Shown one piece after another: positions 8,930 to 20,300 of a stretch of DNA of 64,000 nucleotides; the first letter of the stretch is position 1, and each line of letters opens with the position of its first letter. The translations under genes and the position numbers were made by a program. The notes beneath the pieces are model-generated. The model saw only the letters and a list, made by a program, of their open reading frames with translations. It had not been told where the DNA came from and made no database searches. The stretch covers positions 580,023-644,022 of the forward strand of contig JBMORU010000001.1 of NCBI GenBank assembly GCA_049322215.1, given 5' to 3'. The stretch is from Patescibacteria group bacterium. Lineage in GTDB: Bacteria > Patescibacteriota > WWE3 > UBA101185 > UBA10185.

Positions 8930-11127
8930 AACTACTTAAAAAAAATTTAAGCACACTTTTAGTTATTGCCCCAGCGATTGTTTTACTTTTACTTGTTTTT
9001 GCTACTAACTTAAAAGAAATTCCTGTAGAAACAAAAGAGCCACTATTAAATTTCACAGGAAACGAATCTTTACTATTATCTCCACTAGAGCCTGGAGATG
9101 GTTTTGCTGCACAAGCACAAGGTGCTCCAATTGACATTACTTTTAGCATTCCAACTACAATAAATGGGTTTTCATTTTTGTTTGGAGGCAATTTACATGA
9201 GGTAAGTTCATATTTAGCGGAAGATTTTGATATATATGTTTTATCTGCAAACGGTGAGTGGCACTCAGAAGCAGAAATTAGATCTAATAAAAAGGCAAGC
9301 TTTGTATATATGTTTGAAGATTCTCGTGAAGTGCTAGGAATTCGCTTAGTAATTCACAAGGCTCCTTTTAGTAATGCTGTTTTAATAAAGGATCTAAAAT
9401 TTTACAACTTGAAAACAGTAACAGTATTAAACGGCTTAACTCACTTTTTACAATCACAGAGTAAGTCAGTATTTTCATACTACTTTTATTCAATTATTTT
9501 TTACTTTTGGCTCATTATTCCTGGTTTTGTAGTTATGAAGTATATGAATACGCGACTGAGTTTAAAGTTTTCGGGAGAAAAATTATATGTCTTTGCTCCT
9601 GTTATATCCTTTTGTTTGTTGGCTGCGGTAACAACATTTTATTTGTTATTTAGACAAAAAATAATTTTTGATTTGTACTGGCTATATTTCTTGTTTAGCA
9701 TTTATTTGCTGATTAAAAATACATATTGGAAAGAAATAAATATTTCTAAGCAAATAATATTTGTTACCGCCTTTGCTTTGTTAATTACTACTTCCTTGCA
9801 AATAAAAAGAGATTATCTGTTTAATTTAAACTACATTGAGCATCAAATGGATGCTTTACAATATATGCCACACTATTTTTATGGAGGCTATTTTGGATAC
9901 CACGCCGATAATACTATGCCTTGGGGAATTGCGCGTGCCTACATTAATGATGCCCCTTTATATTCCGAAGAAGCCTCCCGTTATAGAATTGGCTTTGGTC
10001 CTGAAAGCGTTATAGACAGGACACCAATGCTACCTCTTATGGTAGCCCCTATATTGCGTACTTTCGGAGAAAGCCATTTCATTTACCAAAGATTTCTTAC
10101 AGTTATTATGCTTTTTTATTATCCAGCGGCGTTTATTTTGCTTAAAAGATACTTTAATGAAAAAACTGCGACTATTGTTTCTATTTTAATGCTTCTTAGT
10201 GTGCAGCTGACTTTTCAAGTAAATAATGTTGAAATTTATTATAAGTTTATAGCAATATTTCCTACGTTTTTGGCGCTAGTTTCCCTAAAGTCTAGTAAAA
10301 CTAGTTTATTTACTAAACATGCATTAGCAGGTTTATTGCTTGGGGTTTCGTACTTAATACACCCTATTACTTTATTTTTTGTGATTACTTTAGGTGTTTT
10401 ACACTTAAAAGGAATAAAACTTAACACGAATTATATTAAAAGGTCATTGTATCTTTTTGGGCCTGTGTTGGTTTTGTTTGCTGTTTGGATGTTGTTTACA
10501 CTTTACATTAGATCAATTGCTCCAGAGCACGCCTCTTTAAGGCAGGCAATTTATGTGGAAGAAGTGTCACGTATATCAACAGAGCCTCTTTTAAATAAAC
10601 TATATAATGTTGTAAATATTTTTGTTCCTGATTTTCAACGACGCGCTAATTCATATAAGTTGTTTTCTTCTGATTATTTCAGAATAGAATTTTCGCGATT
10701 ATCTTTAATTGCAGCAGTCACACCTTTCTTTTTGTTAACTTTGGTTTTAAAAGGGTTTAGGAAAAAGTTTTTTCGCAAATACTTTGCACACTTTGTTTTT
10801 GGGTTATTTCCATTTGTTGTTTATTTAGCATTTTTTCACAAATACTCACTTGGGGGTTACATATTGCTTTACCCTTTCACGCTTCCATTTTTGTTTGGCT
10901 TAATAGTTACTTTGCTACAGCGCATTGAACTTGAAAAAAGAATTTACATTTACCTTTCGTATCCGGTTTTTATGTTGGTTCCTTTTTATTACATTTCCGA
11001 AGTTTTCACAAAGTTACTGCACAAAAATTTTACTGTTTATACAATGTCCTTTATATTGTTTTCACTCTATATTTATTTGTCGTTCTTGCTAATTGCAAAG
11101 GTTACAAGGTATAAAGGAAACCAATGA
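8926..11127 (+). CDS. Polytopic membrane protein with N-terminal discoidin-like domain; probable GT-C glycosyltransferase
   Basis: Beta-rich extracellular domain, then more than 10 TM helices; ADN...RTPMLPL loop pattern typical of GT-C enzymes. Confidence 0.55.
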   Translation: MKLLKKNLSTLLVIAPAIVLLLLVFATNLKEIPVETKEPLLNFTGNESLLLSPLEPGDGFAAQAQGAPIDITFSIPTTINGFSFLFGGNLHEVSSYLAEDFDIYVLSANGEWHSEAEIRSNKKASFVYMFEDSREVLGIRLVIHKAPFSNAVLIKDLKFYNLKTVTVLNGLTHFLQSQSKSVFSYYFYSIIFYFWLIIPGFVVMKYMNTRLSLKFSGEKLYVFAPVISFCLLAAVTTFYLLFRQKIIFDLYWLYFLFSIYLLIKNTYWKEINISKQIIFVTAFALLITTSLQIKRDYLFNLNYIEHQMDALQYMPHYFYGGYFGYHADNTMPWGIARAYINDAPLYSEEASRYRIGFGPESVIDRTPMLPLMVAPILRTFGESHFIYQRFLTVIMLFYYPAAFILLKRYFNEKTATIVSILMLLSVQLTFQVNNVEIYYKFIAIFPTFLALVSLKSSKTSLFTKHALAGLLLGVSYLIHPITLFFVITLGVLHLKGIKLNTNYIKRSLYLFGPVLVLFAVWMLFTLYIRSIAPEHASLRQAIYVEEVSRISTEPLLNKLYNVVNIFVPDFQRRANSYKLFSSDYFRIEFSRLSLIAAVTPFFLLTLVLKGFRKKFFRKYFAHFVFGLFPFVVYLAFFHKYSLGGYILLYPFTLPFLFGLIVTLLQRIELEKRIYIYLSYPVFMLVPFYYISEVFTKLLHKNFTVYTMSFILFSLYIYLSFLLIAKVTRYKGNQ

Positions 11128-12107
11128 TTATTACACAAACACCTTTAAGAATAAGTTTTGTTGGTGGAGGAAGTGATTTAGCCTCTTTTTATAAGCACTC
11201 TTATGGTGCTGTAGTTTCTACAAGTATTGATAAATACATTTATATAACTGTAAATAAAAAGTTTGATTCAAAAATTAGAGCATCTTACTCTAGAACTGAA
11301 ATGGTAGATAATGTTAGCGATCTTCAACACCAACTAATTAGGGAAGCATTAAAGTTGACTGGAGTAAAAAACGGAATAGAAATCACTTCAATTTCAGACA
11401 TTCCCTCTACGGGAACCGGACTGGGATCTTCAAGTTCTTACACTGTAGGTTTAATAAATTCGTTGCGTGCTTATAATAATAAAATATCAAGTAGTGCTTA
11501 TTTAGCAGAGAAGGCCTGCCAAATAGAAATAGAAAAATGCGGAGAGCCTATTGGTAAACAAGATCAATATGCGGCCGCTTATGGTGGTTTAAATTACATT
11601 AAGTTTAATTCCGACGGAACAGTTGACGTTTCGCCCATATTAATTTCAAACAAAGTGAAAAATAAGTTACAAGATAATTTGTTAATGCTTTATACTGGCA
11701 TCACTCGTTCGGCTTCTAAAATTTTAGAAAACCAGTCAAGAAATGTGCAAGGAGAAGATACAAAAAAAATAATTTTGAGACAAATGGTTCAGCTAGCTGA
11801 AGAAATGCGCCTTGTGCTGGCTGAAGGAAATTTAAGCAAGTTTGGTAATTTACTAGATATTAACTGGGAATTAAAAAAACAACTTGCCGGAGGTATTTCA
11901 ACTCCCATAATTGATGAATGGTATAAAAAAGCTAAAAATGCAGGAGCTTTGGGGGGTAAAATTTTAGGTGCCGGTGGTGGTGGCTTTTTGCTTTTATATG
12001 CTCCTAAGTCTAGACACCCAGAAATTCAAAATGCACTAAAAGATTTAAAATCAATACCTATTAAATTTGAAAACGACGGTAGTAAAATTATTTTCATAAA
12101 GGAATAA
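11124..12107 (+). CDS. hddA: D-glycero-alpha-D-manno-heptose-7-phosphate kinase (GHMP family)
   Basis: TPLRISFVGGGSD, GTGLGSSS, GKQDQY, GGKILGAGGGG; adjacent to gmhA. Confidence 0.85.
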   Translation: MIITQTPLRISFVGGGSDLASFYKHSYGAVVSTSIDKYIYITVNKKFDSKIRASYSRTEMVDNVSDLQHQLIREALKLTGVKNGIEITSISDIPSTGTGLGSSSSYTVGLINSLRAYNNKISSSAYLAEKACQIEIEKCGEPIGKQDQYAAAYGGLNYIKFNSDGTVDVSPILISNKVKNKLQDNLLMLYTGITRSASKILENQSRNVQGEDTKKIILRQMVQLAEEMRLVLAEGNLSKFGNLLDINWELKKQLAGGISTPIIDEWYKKAKNAGALGGKILGAGGGGFLLLYAPKSRHPEIQNALKDLKSIPIKFENDGSKIIFIKE

Positions 12108-12109
12108 TC

Positions 12110-12694
12110 ATGAAAACACATGTTGATTCATATATAAAAGGTTTAAAGACTCAACTAGACACTATTTCTCCAGAAAAAGTGGAATCCTTAGTACAAATGA
12201 TGTTAAGCACGGCAGACAATTGCGGAACTATTTATATTGCTGGCAACGGAGGCAGCGCAGCTACATCCTCTCACTTTGTGTGTGACATAAAAAAGACAGT
12301 ACTTGGTAAAGCTCCTAAAAGGGTAAAAAAAGGTAGATTTAAAGTAGTAAGTTTAAACGATAATATTCCTTTATTAACTGCCTGGGCAAATGATTCTTCT
12401 TATGACGATGTTTTTAGTGAGCCCTTACTTAATTTTGCTGAGGTGGATGATTTATTTATTGTTATAACAGGAAGTGGGAATTCTAAAAACATTGTTAAAG
12501 CCGTTAAAACAGCAAAAAAACTCAAAGTTAAAACTTTTGGCTTGCTAGGATTTAATGGAGGACTATGCAAAGATCTTCTCGATGACCACATAACTATTCC
12601 CTCAAATAACTATGGCCACATAGAAGATGCTCACATGATTCTTGTACATTTGGTTACAGATTATTTAAAACAACGATTTAATGAAAAAAAATAA
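12110..12694 (+). CDS. gmhA: Phosphoheptose isomerase (SIS domain)
   Basis: GNGGSAA, TAWAND, GSGNSKN, IEDAH. Confidence 0.88.
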   Translation: MKTHVDSYIKGLKTQLDTISPEKVESLVQMMLSTADNCGTIYIAGNGGSAATSSHFVCDIKKTVLGKAPKRVKKGRFKVVSLNDNIPLLTAWANDSSYDDVFSEPLLNFAEVDDLFIVITGSGNSKNIVKAVKTAKKLKVKTFGLLGFNGGLCKDLLDDHITIPSNNYGHIEDAHMILVHLVTDYLKQRFNEKK

Positions 12695-13853
12695 AAAACA
12701 TGTCTTAATTATTTGTCCATTTTCCAGTCCAAACTTAGGTGGTGTTGAAACTCATATTGACAAGCTAATAAGATACGCAACTAAAAAAAACTACTTTGTG
12801 ACTTTGCTTACTTATCAACCCTTAACAAGAAATGTTAAAGGTAAAAAGGTAGAAATACACAAAAATTATGAAGTTCACCGTGTTTCCTGGTTTGGTCGTG
12901 GTTGGTTTCCTGTTTTAGAGCACTATTTTCCGCTGGTTTTTTTTTATATGTTTCCTGGTTTGTTTTTTAAATCTTTAATATTTTATGCTAAAAATTCTGG
13001 CAATATAGATACAATTCACGCTCATGGTTTAGTTGCAGCTTTAATTACCAAGATAATCACTAAATTTAAAAAAACTAACATAGTTGTAAGTACCCATGCC
13101 GTTTACAGATTTGGAGAGCGTGCTTTACTGGCTCGTTTAGTGCGGTGGGTGCTGTCTGACTTCAACACGGTTTTAGCTGTTTCTGAAGTTTCAAGAAAAG
13201 AACTAATTTTGCTGGGCTTGTCTAAGAAAAAAGTTAAGGTACATCCCAACTGGATAGAAACAGATTTAATAAAACCCTTAAACAAAAAAAGTAGCTTACA
13301 AGCTCTTAATTTAAAACCAGGATGCCATGTTCTTTTTGTGGGGCGTCTAATTGATTTAAAAGGGGTTGAGCTTTTACTACAGTCATCTAAATTACTTAAA
13401 GAAATCCATTTTCACTTTGTAGGTAACGGTCCTTTAGAGTCTAAAGTTGTCTTAGCGAGTAAGCAACAAAAGAATGTTACTTACCATGGTGTGCTAATGC
13501 AATATAAAAAAAAGGAATTCGAAAAGTTAATGACTTTATATAGTATTGCAGACTTTTTTGTATCCCCGTATTTATATGATGAGGGTTTTTCCGCAGCGTT
13601 AATTGAATCTGCTGCCATGGGAATCCCTGTTGTTATACCAAATAGAGGATCTCCCCCAACATTTTTAAGTAAAGATTGTGCGTACTTTATGTCACCTAAG
13701 CCTACTGTTGATGAAGTAGTTAAGACACTTAAAAATTTATGTAGTACCATAAGTAATGGTAAAAACACCTTTAGTTCAGACGTATGCAGAAAATATGCAG
13801 AAGATAATTTTGGTTCGGCTAATGCCGATGTAATTACTAATAGTTATGCATAA
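12681..13853 (+). CDS. GT4-family glycosyltransferase
   Basis: GGVETH, IHAH, FVGRL..KG, EGF...LIES. Confidence 0.9.
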   Translation: MKKNKKHVLIICPFSSPNLGGVETHIDKLIRYATKKNYFVTLLTYQPLTRNVKGKKVEIHKNYEVHRVSWFGRGWFPVLEHYFPLVFFYMFPGLFFKSLIFYAKNSGNIDTIHAHGLVAALITKIITKFKKTNIVVSTHAVYRFGERALLARLVRWVLSDFNTVLAVSEVSRKELILLGLSKKKVKVHPNWIETDLIKPLNKKSSLQALNLKPGCHVLFVGRLIDLKGVELLLQSSKLLKEIHFHFVGNGPLESKVVLASKQQKNVTYHGVLMQYKKKEFEKLMTLYSIADFFVSPYLYDEGFSAALIESAAMGIPVVIPNRGSPPTFLSKDCAYFMSPKPTVDEVVKTLKNLCSTISNGKNTFSSDVCRKYAEDNFGSANADVITNSYA

Positions 13854-14655
13854 AAAACAAAAAGAAAAAAATAAAAATCCAGTGCCTTCAAAAATGTATG
13901 ATTCGGAGTATTACGAAAAATATAATCACGGTTACGACGAATTTGTAAAAGATAAAAGCTTAATGCCCGATTTAGAAGCAAAGGTTTCTCAAATTAACTT
14001 TAAAAATAAAAAAGTATTAGACGCTGCATGTGGTAGAGGGGAGTTCGTTCGATATGCAGCCTTAAAAGGTGCAGAGGCAACCGGTTTTGATTACTCTCCC
14101 TCTGCAATAAAAATATGTAACGACATGATTAAGGATTTGGATAAAAAAACTAAGTCTAAAATAAGTTTTGATGTAATGGATATAAAAGAACTTGGTTATG
14201 GTGATAATGAATTTGATTTAGTAGTTATGTTTGACATTATTGAACACTTGCATCATTGGGAATTAAAAAAAACAATGCATGAAATTCACAGAGTATTAAA
14301 GCCGGGCGGTGAAATATATGTACACACTAGCCCTAACAAAATAATGATGGACTTAGTAAGAAAGGTAACCCGGCCTTTTGGGGTTACTTTGAAAAGTGAA
14401 GAATTTCATGTTAATGAAATTACATACAAGTCTATGCTTGATTACACGCAATATTTTGAAGGTAAAGTAATGTTGGAGAAAGATAAAAATTATTGGTCAA
14501 AGCAAATGGTTTTTAGAGGGTCTTTTCTAAAGGGTGTTGCAAAAGTGCTAGATTTATTTGTAGATTTTTACCCTATTCATAAATTAATGTCTATAAAACC
14601 TTTTAGTGTTGTAACTGCTACAGACATTTGGTTTTTAGGGAAAAAACCCCTTTAG
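13846..14655 (+). CDS. Class I SAM-dependent methyltransferase
   Basis: VLDAACGRG, FDLV, IIEH, RVLKPGG. Confidence 0.88.
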   Translation: MHKKQKEKNKNPVPSKMYDSEYYEKYNHGYDEFVKDKSLMPDLEAKVSQINFKNKKVLDAACGRGEFVRYAALKGAEATGFDYSPSAIKICNDMIKDLDKKTKSKISFDVMDIKELGYGDNEFDLVVMFDIIEHLHHWELKKTMHEIHRVLKPGGEIYVHTSPNKIMMDLVRKVTRPFGVTLKSEEFHVNEITYKSMLDYTQYFEGKVMLEKDKNYWSKQMVFRGSFLKGVAKVLDLFVDFYPIHKLMSIKPFSVVTATDIWFLGKKPL

Positions 14656-14723
14656 CCGTTACTAATCCCATAGTATAATAACTCAGACAATTTTTTACCA
14701 ATGTCCAATAAGGAGACAGAAAA

Positions 14724-15152
14724 ATGAAAACAAAGCTTGAATATGGCTTTTCAATTGGTTGGTCGGCACTGGGAACATTAGCATCAGTTATGCTCGTTGC
14801 TTCTCTAATTAGTTTTAGCTGGTCGCTTATGAACAGTGGTGATGCTGCTTCTGCAGAATATATTGTAGATCGATTCCGTGGTATTAGGTACTTTGTTGAG
14901 CATCCAACAATGTACTATTTATTTGCCCTATTGCTAGGACTGTTTTCAGCTGCTTTAGAGGTAGCTTTAAATTTGTCTCGTGATTTAAGTTGGGCTAAGA
15001 GGTTAGGTGTAAATTACTTGGTTATTGGCACTGCGCGCGAATACAATATTCATTTACTCAAAGGTGGTTCAACTTTAACGCCCGCCCGTTTCAAACGAGT
15101 GTTTGAGGCTGTCACTGATATTAAGCTTCCTGAGCAACCAACAGAAAACTAA
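14724..15152 (+). CDS. Hypothetical membrane protein (stand-alone module)
   Basis: TATAAT upstream, AAGGAGA at 14710-14716, two TM segments, hairpin downstream. Confidence 0.75.
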   Translation: MKTKLEYGFSIGWSALGTLASVMLVASLISFSWSLMNSGDAASAEYIVDRFRGIRYFVEHPTMYYLFALLLGLFSAALEVALNLSRDLSWAKRLGVNYLVIGTAREYNIHLLKGGSTLTPARFKRVFEAVTDIKLPEQPTEN

Positions 15153-15162
15153 ACTGCCAGCT

Positions 15163-15206
15163 CCGCGTATTTGTGTTTGAATACAACATAAATACGCGGT
15201 TTTTTT
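15163..15206 (+). terminator. Long-stem intrinsic terminator
   Basis: ccgcgtatttgtgtt...aacataaatacgcgg + T-run. Confidence 0.85.
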
Positions 15207-15235
15207 ATGCGTTTTTTTAGTGCTACAATCCTTAT

Positions 15236-16123
15236 ATGAATTTAACTTCAACTCAACAGCAAAAGTTAGACCAAGTACTGTCTAAAGTAGGAGATCTAAA
15301 TTTTAAACGGCGTATTTTAACAATGCTTGACTACATGAATATTCAGCCTGGTGACAAAATTTTAGATATGGGTTGTGGCGAAGGTTTTTATTCTATGATT
15401 TTTGATCAGCTTTTTGATGTTGAAGTTACAGCGGTTGACTATGATGAGGAAATTCTTTCAATGGCTCGAGAGTGGCTAAACAACGCAACAAAAGTTACCC
15501 TTATGCAGGGTGATATAACTAATCTTCCATTTGAAGATAACTATTTTGACAAAATTGTATGCACCGAAGTGTTAGAGCACATTCCAGATGATGTTAAAGC
15601 CGCCAAAGAGTTATTTCGTGTGTTAAAGCCTGGGGGTGTATTAGCGGCTACTGTTCCAAATTGGAACTATCCTTTTATGTGGGATCCCCTTAACAAAGTG
15701 CGTGAGGCTGTGGGCTTAGGGCATTTTAATCCTCTAAATGGTTTTTGGGGAGGTATTTGGGCTTATGATCACAAACGACTGTACTACCCAAATGATTTTA
15801 AGATTCTTTTAGAAGGTGCAGGGTTTGATGTTGAAGATTTAAAAGTATTGACGCATTATGGAGTTCCTTTTAATCACTTGGTTTTATATACAGGTAAGCA
15901 GTTTTATACTAGCCTTCCGGTTTCTGCTGATGTAAAAAACTCTATGGAAAAGTTTAAGTGGGATTCTGCTGGCGAAGGTAAAAGTGGTCGTCAATCTATT
16001 TTATCTTATATTTTAAGTAAAGGACTTGCTGTTCTTAAATGGGTTGATAAACATAATGATAAGGAATTTACCTTAGATACTTCAGCTATGGCTGTTGCGG
16101 CATTAGCCAAAAAGAAAAAATGA
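15236..16123 (+). CDS. Class I SAM-dependent methyltransferase
   Basis: ILDMGCGEG, LPFEDNYFD, EVLEH, RVLKPGG. Confidence 0.9.
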   Translation: MNLTSTQQQKLDQVLSKVGDLNFKRRILTMLDYMNIQPGDKILDMGCGEGFYSMIFDQLFDVEVTAVDYDEEILSMAREWLNNATKVTLMQGDITNLPFEDNYFDKIVCTEVLEHIPDDVKAAKELFRVLKPGGVLAATVPNWNYPFMWDPLNKVREAVGLGHFNPLNGFWGGIWAYDHKRLYYPNDFKILLEGAGFDVEDLKVLTHYGVPFNHLVLYTGKQFYTSLPVSADVKNSMEKFKWDSAGEGKSGRQSILSYILSKGLAVLKWVDKHNDKEFTLDTSAMAVAALAKKKK

Positions 16124-17319
16124 AGGTTTTGTTTTTATTCAATCAGCTTTTGGTAGAAGAGTTTTCAAGTGGAGGCGATGTAAAAGGATTTACAATTTTT
16201 GAAGAAGCTATGCATGATGAAAGCTTGCATCCTGGCGTTATGTGTTCGGCAGTTGCTAAAAAATCTTTTTCTGTAGCAGATAAATATTTGGTTGGTAATT
16301 CTTTTGTAGAAAGTATATTTGACCGCAAGTTCGTTCCATTTATTTTTGTATTGTATTTTTTTAGGGCTATCGAAGCCATTAGTTTATTATCAAAAGTATC
16401 TACAAATGTTATTTACACTACTGGAGACTTTTTTTGTAATGTTTTACCTGCTTATAAATATAAAAAAAACAATCCGGCAGTAATTTGGTGTGCTTGTGTT
16501 TACCACATTAACGAGAGTCCGTTTAATAGAAAATCAAACTTTTTTTTACGTAGTTTAATTTCTTATTTAATGCAAAAGTATAGTTTTAGCCTTATAAAAA
16601 AGAAGGCGGACTTAATTTTTGTTTTAAACGAAGGCGTAAAAAAATCTTTAATAAACTTAGGGTTTAAAAATAAAATAGTTGTTTCGGGGTTAGGCTTAAA
16701 CACTTCTGAAATAAAAAATAAAGTAAATAGTTACAGCAAAAGCGATTTTAAGTACAAAAACTCCAATTTAGTGTTTTTTAATAGAGTAAACCCAACTAAA
16801 GGGGTTTTTGATTTACCAAAAATATTAAGTGAGGTTAAGCTCTCACATTCTGATGCGTATTTGCATATTATAGGTAGTGTTGATCCTTCTATAAAAAACA
16901 AGTTGAATGTAGAATTTGCTGCACTAAGCTGTGAAAACAGCTATAAGTTTCACGGATTTCTACCTAAAAACGATGTTTACAAAATAATTAGTGAATCTAA
17001 AGTTTTTTTGCAAACTTCATACGAAGAAGGGTGGAGTTTAGTATTATTTGAGGGTATTATGTGTAGAACAATTCCGGTTGTTTATGATTTACCAGTTTAC
17101 CGTGAAGTGTTTAAAAATACCTTAAATATTGCCCCTTTAGGAGATATAGCAGCATTTGTAAATTTAATTAATGAGGTACTTGATTTAAATAAATCAGAGT
17201 ACGAAAAAACCCTACATGATTGCTATACTATAGCGGCAAGCTATGATAATAAGCAGGTTTATGAAAAGGAAAAATTGGCAATTGAATCACTGAAAAATGA
17301 AAGAATTATTAAAGCGTAG
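16120..17319 (+). CDS. GT4-family glycosyltransferase
   Basis: SGGD N-terminal loop, R...KG, EEGWSLVLFE. Confidence 0.85.
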   Translation: MKVLFLFNQLLVEEFSSGGDVKGFTIFEEAMHDESLHPGVMCSAVAKKSFSVADKYLVGNSFVESIFDRKFVPFIFVLYFFRAIEAISLLSKVSTNVIYTTGDFFCNVLPAYKYKKNNPAVIWCACVYHINESPFNRKSNFFLRSLISYLMQKYSFSLIKKKADLIFVLNEGVKKSLINLGFKNKIVVSGLGLNTSEIKNKVNSYSKSDFKYKNSNLVFFNRVNPTKGVFDLPKILSEVKLSHSDAYLHIIGSVDPSIKNKLNVEFAALSCENSYKFHGFLPKNDVYKIISESKVFLQTSYEEGWSLVLFEGIMCRTIPVVYDLPVYREVFKNTLNIAPLGDIAAFVNLINEVLDLNKSEYEKTLHDCYTIAASYDNKQVYEKEKLAIESLKNERIIKA

Positions 17320-20300
17320 AAGCATCAAAAACATTTTAGCTATTTTCTTTTATTTACTAGTCGGTTTACTTCTTTTTAAGCCTATATTTTCATCTAAGGG
17401 TATAATCACCGGTGGGGATTGGTCTTTTCCCTATACATTTTTGCAATTGAATAATTTTTTAATTGATCGTATTTTTTCCTGGGGGAAAATTGAGTTAGTA
17501 GGCGGTTTTAGAATATTTTTAGTTGATTTGCCTTTTGCACTACTTCTTAAAGGATTAGGTTTTGCAGGTGTTTCTCCTATTTTATATCCAAAGCTTGCAT
17601 TGTTAGGTGCTTATGTATTAGCGGGCTTTGGGATGTTTTATTACTTAAAGTACTTGAAGGTTAAATTTCCTGTAGCATTGTTTGGCGGTTTACTATACGT
17701 ATTCTCTCCATTTTTCTTTAATTATACTGTCATGGGGTGGATTTATGTTTTGATCTCTATGGGCATATTTCCTTTGTTTTTAACTTTTTTTGATAGAGCA
17801 GTTAAAGAGCGTAAGTTTCATTTTGCGGCACTTTGCGGAATTTTGTTTTCTCTAGCATTTATGCAGTCTACCTCAATAATTTGGTATTCGTTTGGACTGT
17901 TAGCAATTGGAATAACTTATGTAACAAACAAAAAACACCTTCAAAACTTTATTTTAATGAGTATTGTTACTTATTCTATTCTATTTCTGACCCACTTATA
18001 TTGGGCTTATAACCTGTTTACAATTAGAGATTCCACAATTTTTGGTTCAGAAAATGTTTTATCCAGCGTAAGTTTGGGCACTTGGGCTCATTTAAGTCTT
18101 CAAAATCTTATACGCGGGTGGGGATCTTTGTTTAATGCTACCTATGAATACAGTTACTTTTCTGATTTTCCTCTAGTTTCGTATGCTTTAACTATTCTTG
18201 CACTTTTAAGCTTGTTTATTCCTAGAGAAAGAAAACACGTGCACTTGCAGTCGGTTGTACTGTTTCTTATTCCAATATTTTTGTATCTGTTAGGCCCTGA
18301 ACGTATTGCACTTCTTCCACTTGGAAATGTAATGCGCGATGTTGCACGTATGTCTGTTTTAATTTCATTTAGTTTAACCGTGCTTTCCATTTTGTTTATA
18401 AATTATTTGTATAAAACGCAAAAATATTTCCTATTAATTATTTGTATCTTTGTGTCGTTTTTAAGTGCTAATCCCTTTTGGTCGGGTAAATTTTATGCAA
18501 ACCCCAAACTACCGCAGGATATTCGTTTAAGAACTTATGTTTATCCTGAAGACTACTCAATAATTGAGTCTTTTATAGCTAGCAATAGTGAAGCAGATAA
18601 AGTTATGTATATACCTACCTATTCATCTTTTAGTGATTTCACAAATCCTAACTTTAGTGGTCCCTATAGAGAAATGGCTTATGTTTTTGCTTCAATGTCC
18701 CCTAAGCAAGGCATAATTTATACAACTGATAAAGAACGTCGCGGAATCAACGGCTACTATGGAAATTTAGTAGAGCAACTTAAATATAATTATGATGAAA
18801 GTATTAGCTATATATTAAGTTCTTTAAATGTTAAGTATTTTGTTTTCTACTACAATTCTATGGGAGCAGAAGATTGGCGTTTGTATGAAAAAGTTTCTAC
18901 AGATAATAATCGCTTTAATGATATAACGGCGAAAGTTTTAGGTAATTCTTCAAATAAAGTATCTGTTTTTGAAGTAGCTACCCCATCAGCAACTATTGAA
19001 GCTGTTAACTATGTTGTTTCTAATTCCGACCCCAAGGAGAGTATAAAAACTAAAGCCACTATTTTTTCAGATAATCCTGAATTACGAATATTTACCTCTC
19101 CATATAAAGACGTAACTACTATTGATTCATTAATTTACAAAGCCAAAGTTGCTCGGGAATTTGATTTACAAACTAAAGCGGTTAATTCAGGGTGGTTTTG
19201 GCCAACAGTGCGTCATAAACCAGGTACCCTTACTTATAAACTTATTAGATTTTTAGAAGATAAAAAAGTTACTACTGCAAAAGACAGAAAAATACAACTA
19301 GAATTACTTTTGTGGCATGCTTCCAAAAGAGCAGCTGAGGTTGCCACATTTGGCGACGCAAATAAAGAATCACTTACTACATCTTTTTATGCTAATCATA
19401 CAGAAATAAGCGAATTACTTTCTTCGTTTGATTTTGATGATAAGGATGATTGGTACTATGGTTACTTGTACAAATTGGACTATTACTTAAACGAAAGTGA
19501 TCCCTATATCGACACAGAAGTTCTTCAAAATGATTTAGAAAACAAGTTAAAGTTTGAGCGTTTTTCCATTTTAGATTCAAACCGTATAAATTGCGAAGAA
19601 CTATGCTACGGTGTTAATTTGGGCGTAGAAAACTTTGATTCACTTTATTTTGTGTTAAATAACTCGGTAGTAAAATCACCTTCTTATACTCTGATTTCGC
19701 CAAACGTATTGGAAATACAGAAAAGCAAAGAGATACTTATAAATCAAAATGATTTTTTGAACTCTACCTATGTATTTAACTCTAACGAAGCTAAAGAATT
19801 ACTCTCAGCACATTGGCAGGCTTTTGAGCAAGTGCTGTCTAGAGATATTTTTAAATATATATTCTTTTCGCTATCGAATGCTCAACTAATTTCTATAGAA
19901 AACTGGGAACCTTCAACTACTTATGACATTTCTTTTGATTATGTTCAGGGAGATCTTCCAATTAGAGTGTTTATTGTAGAGGATGTGGAGCAAATCACTT
20001 CTGATTTTGTAGAGGGTGTAAAAAACGAAAACATTATTTTAAAGCCAAAAATTAATGACATTAAAGAAATAGCCTCTCTGGCTAAAGGTACTACTTCTAT
20101 AGAACGACCATTCAAAATGTCATTTACAACGCACCCTCTTGCACAAACTGGATATATATACATTTTAAATGGTAATCCAGAAACTGCTCCGGCCGAAACC
20201 TTAGAAACGATAAAAAATTTTGAAATTTCCAAACCTTTTGCACCTGATTTATACCTAACTAATTTTGATGCAAACTCTTCAAGTGGCTTGCCGGAAATAG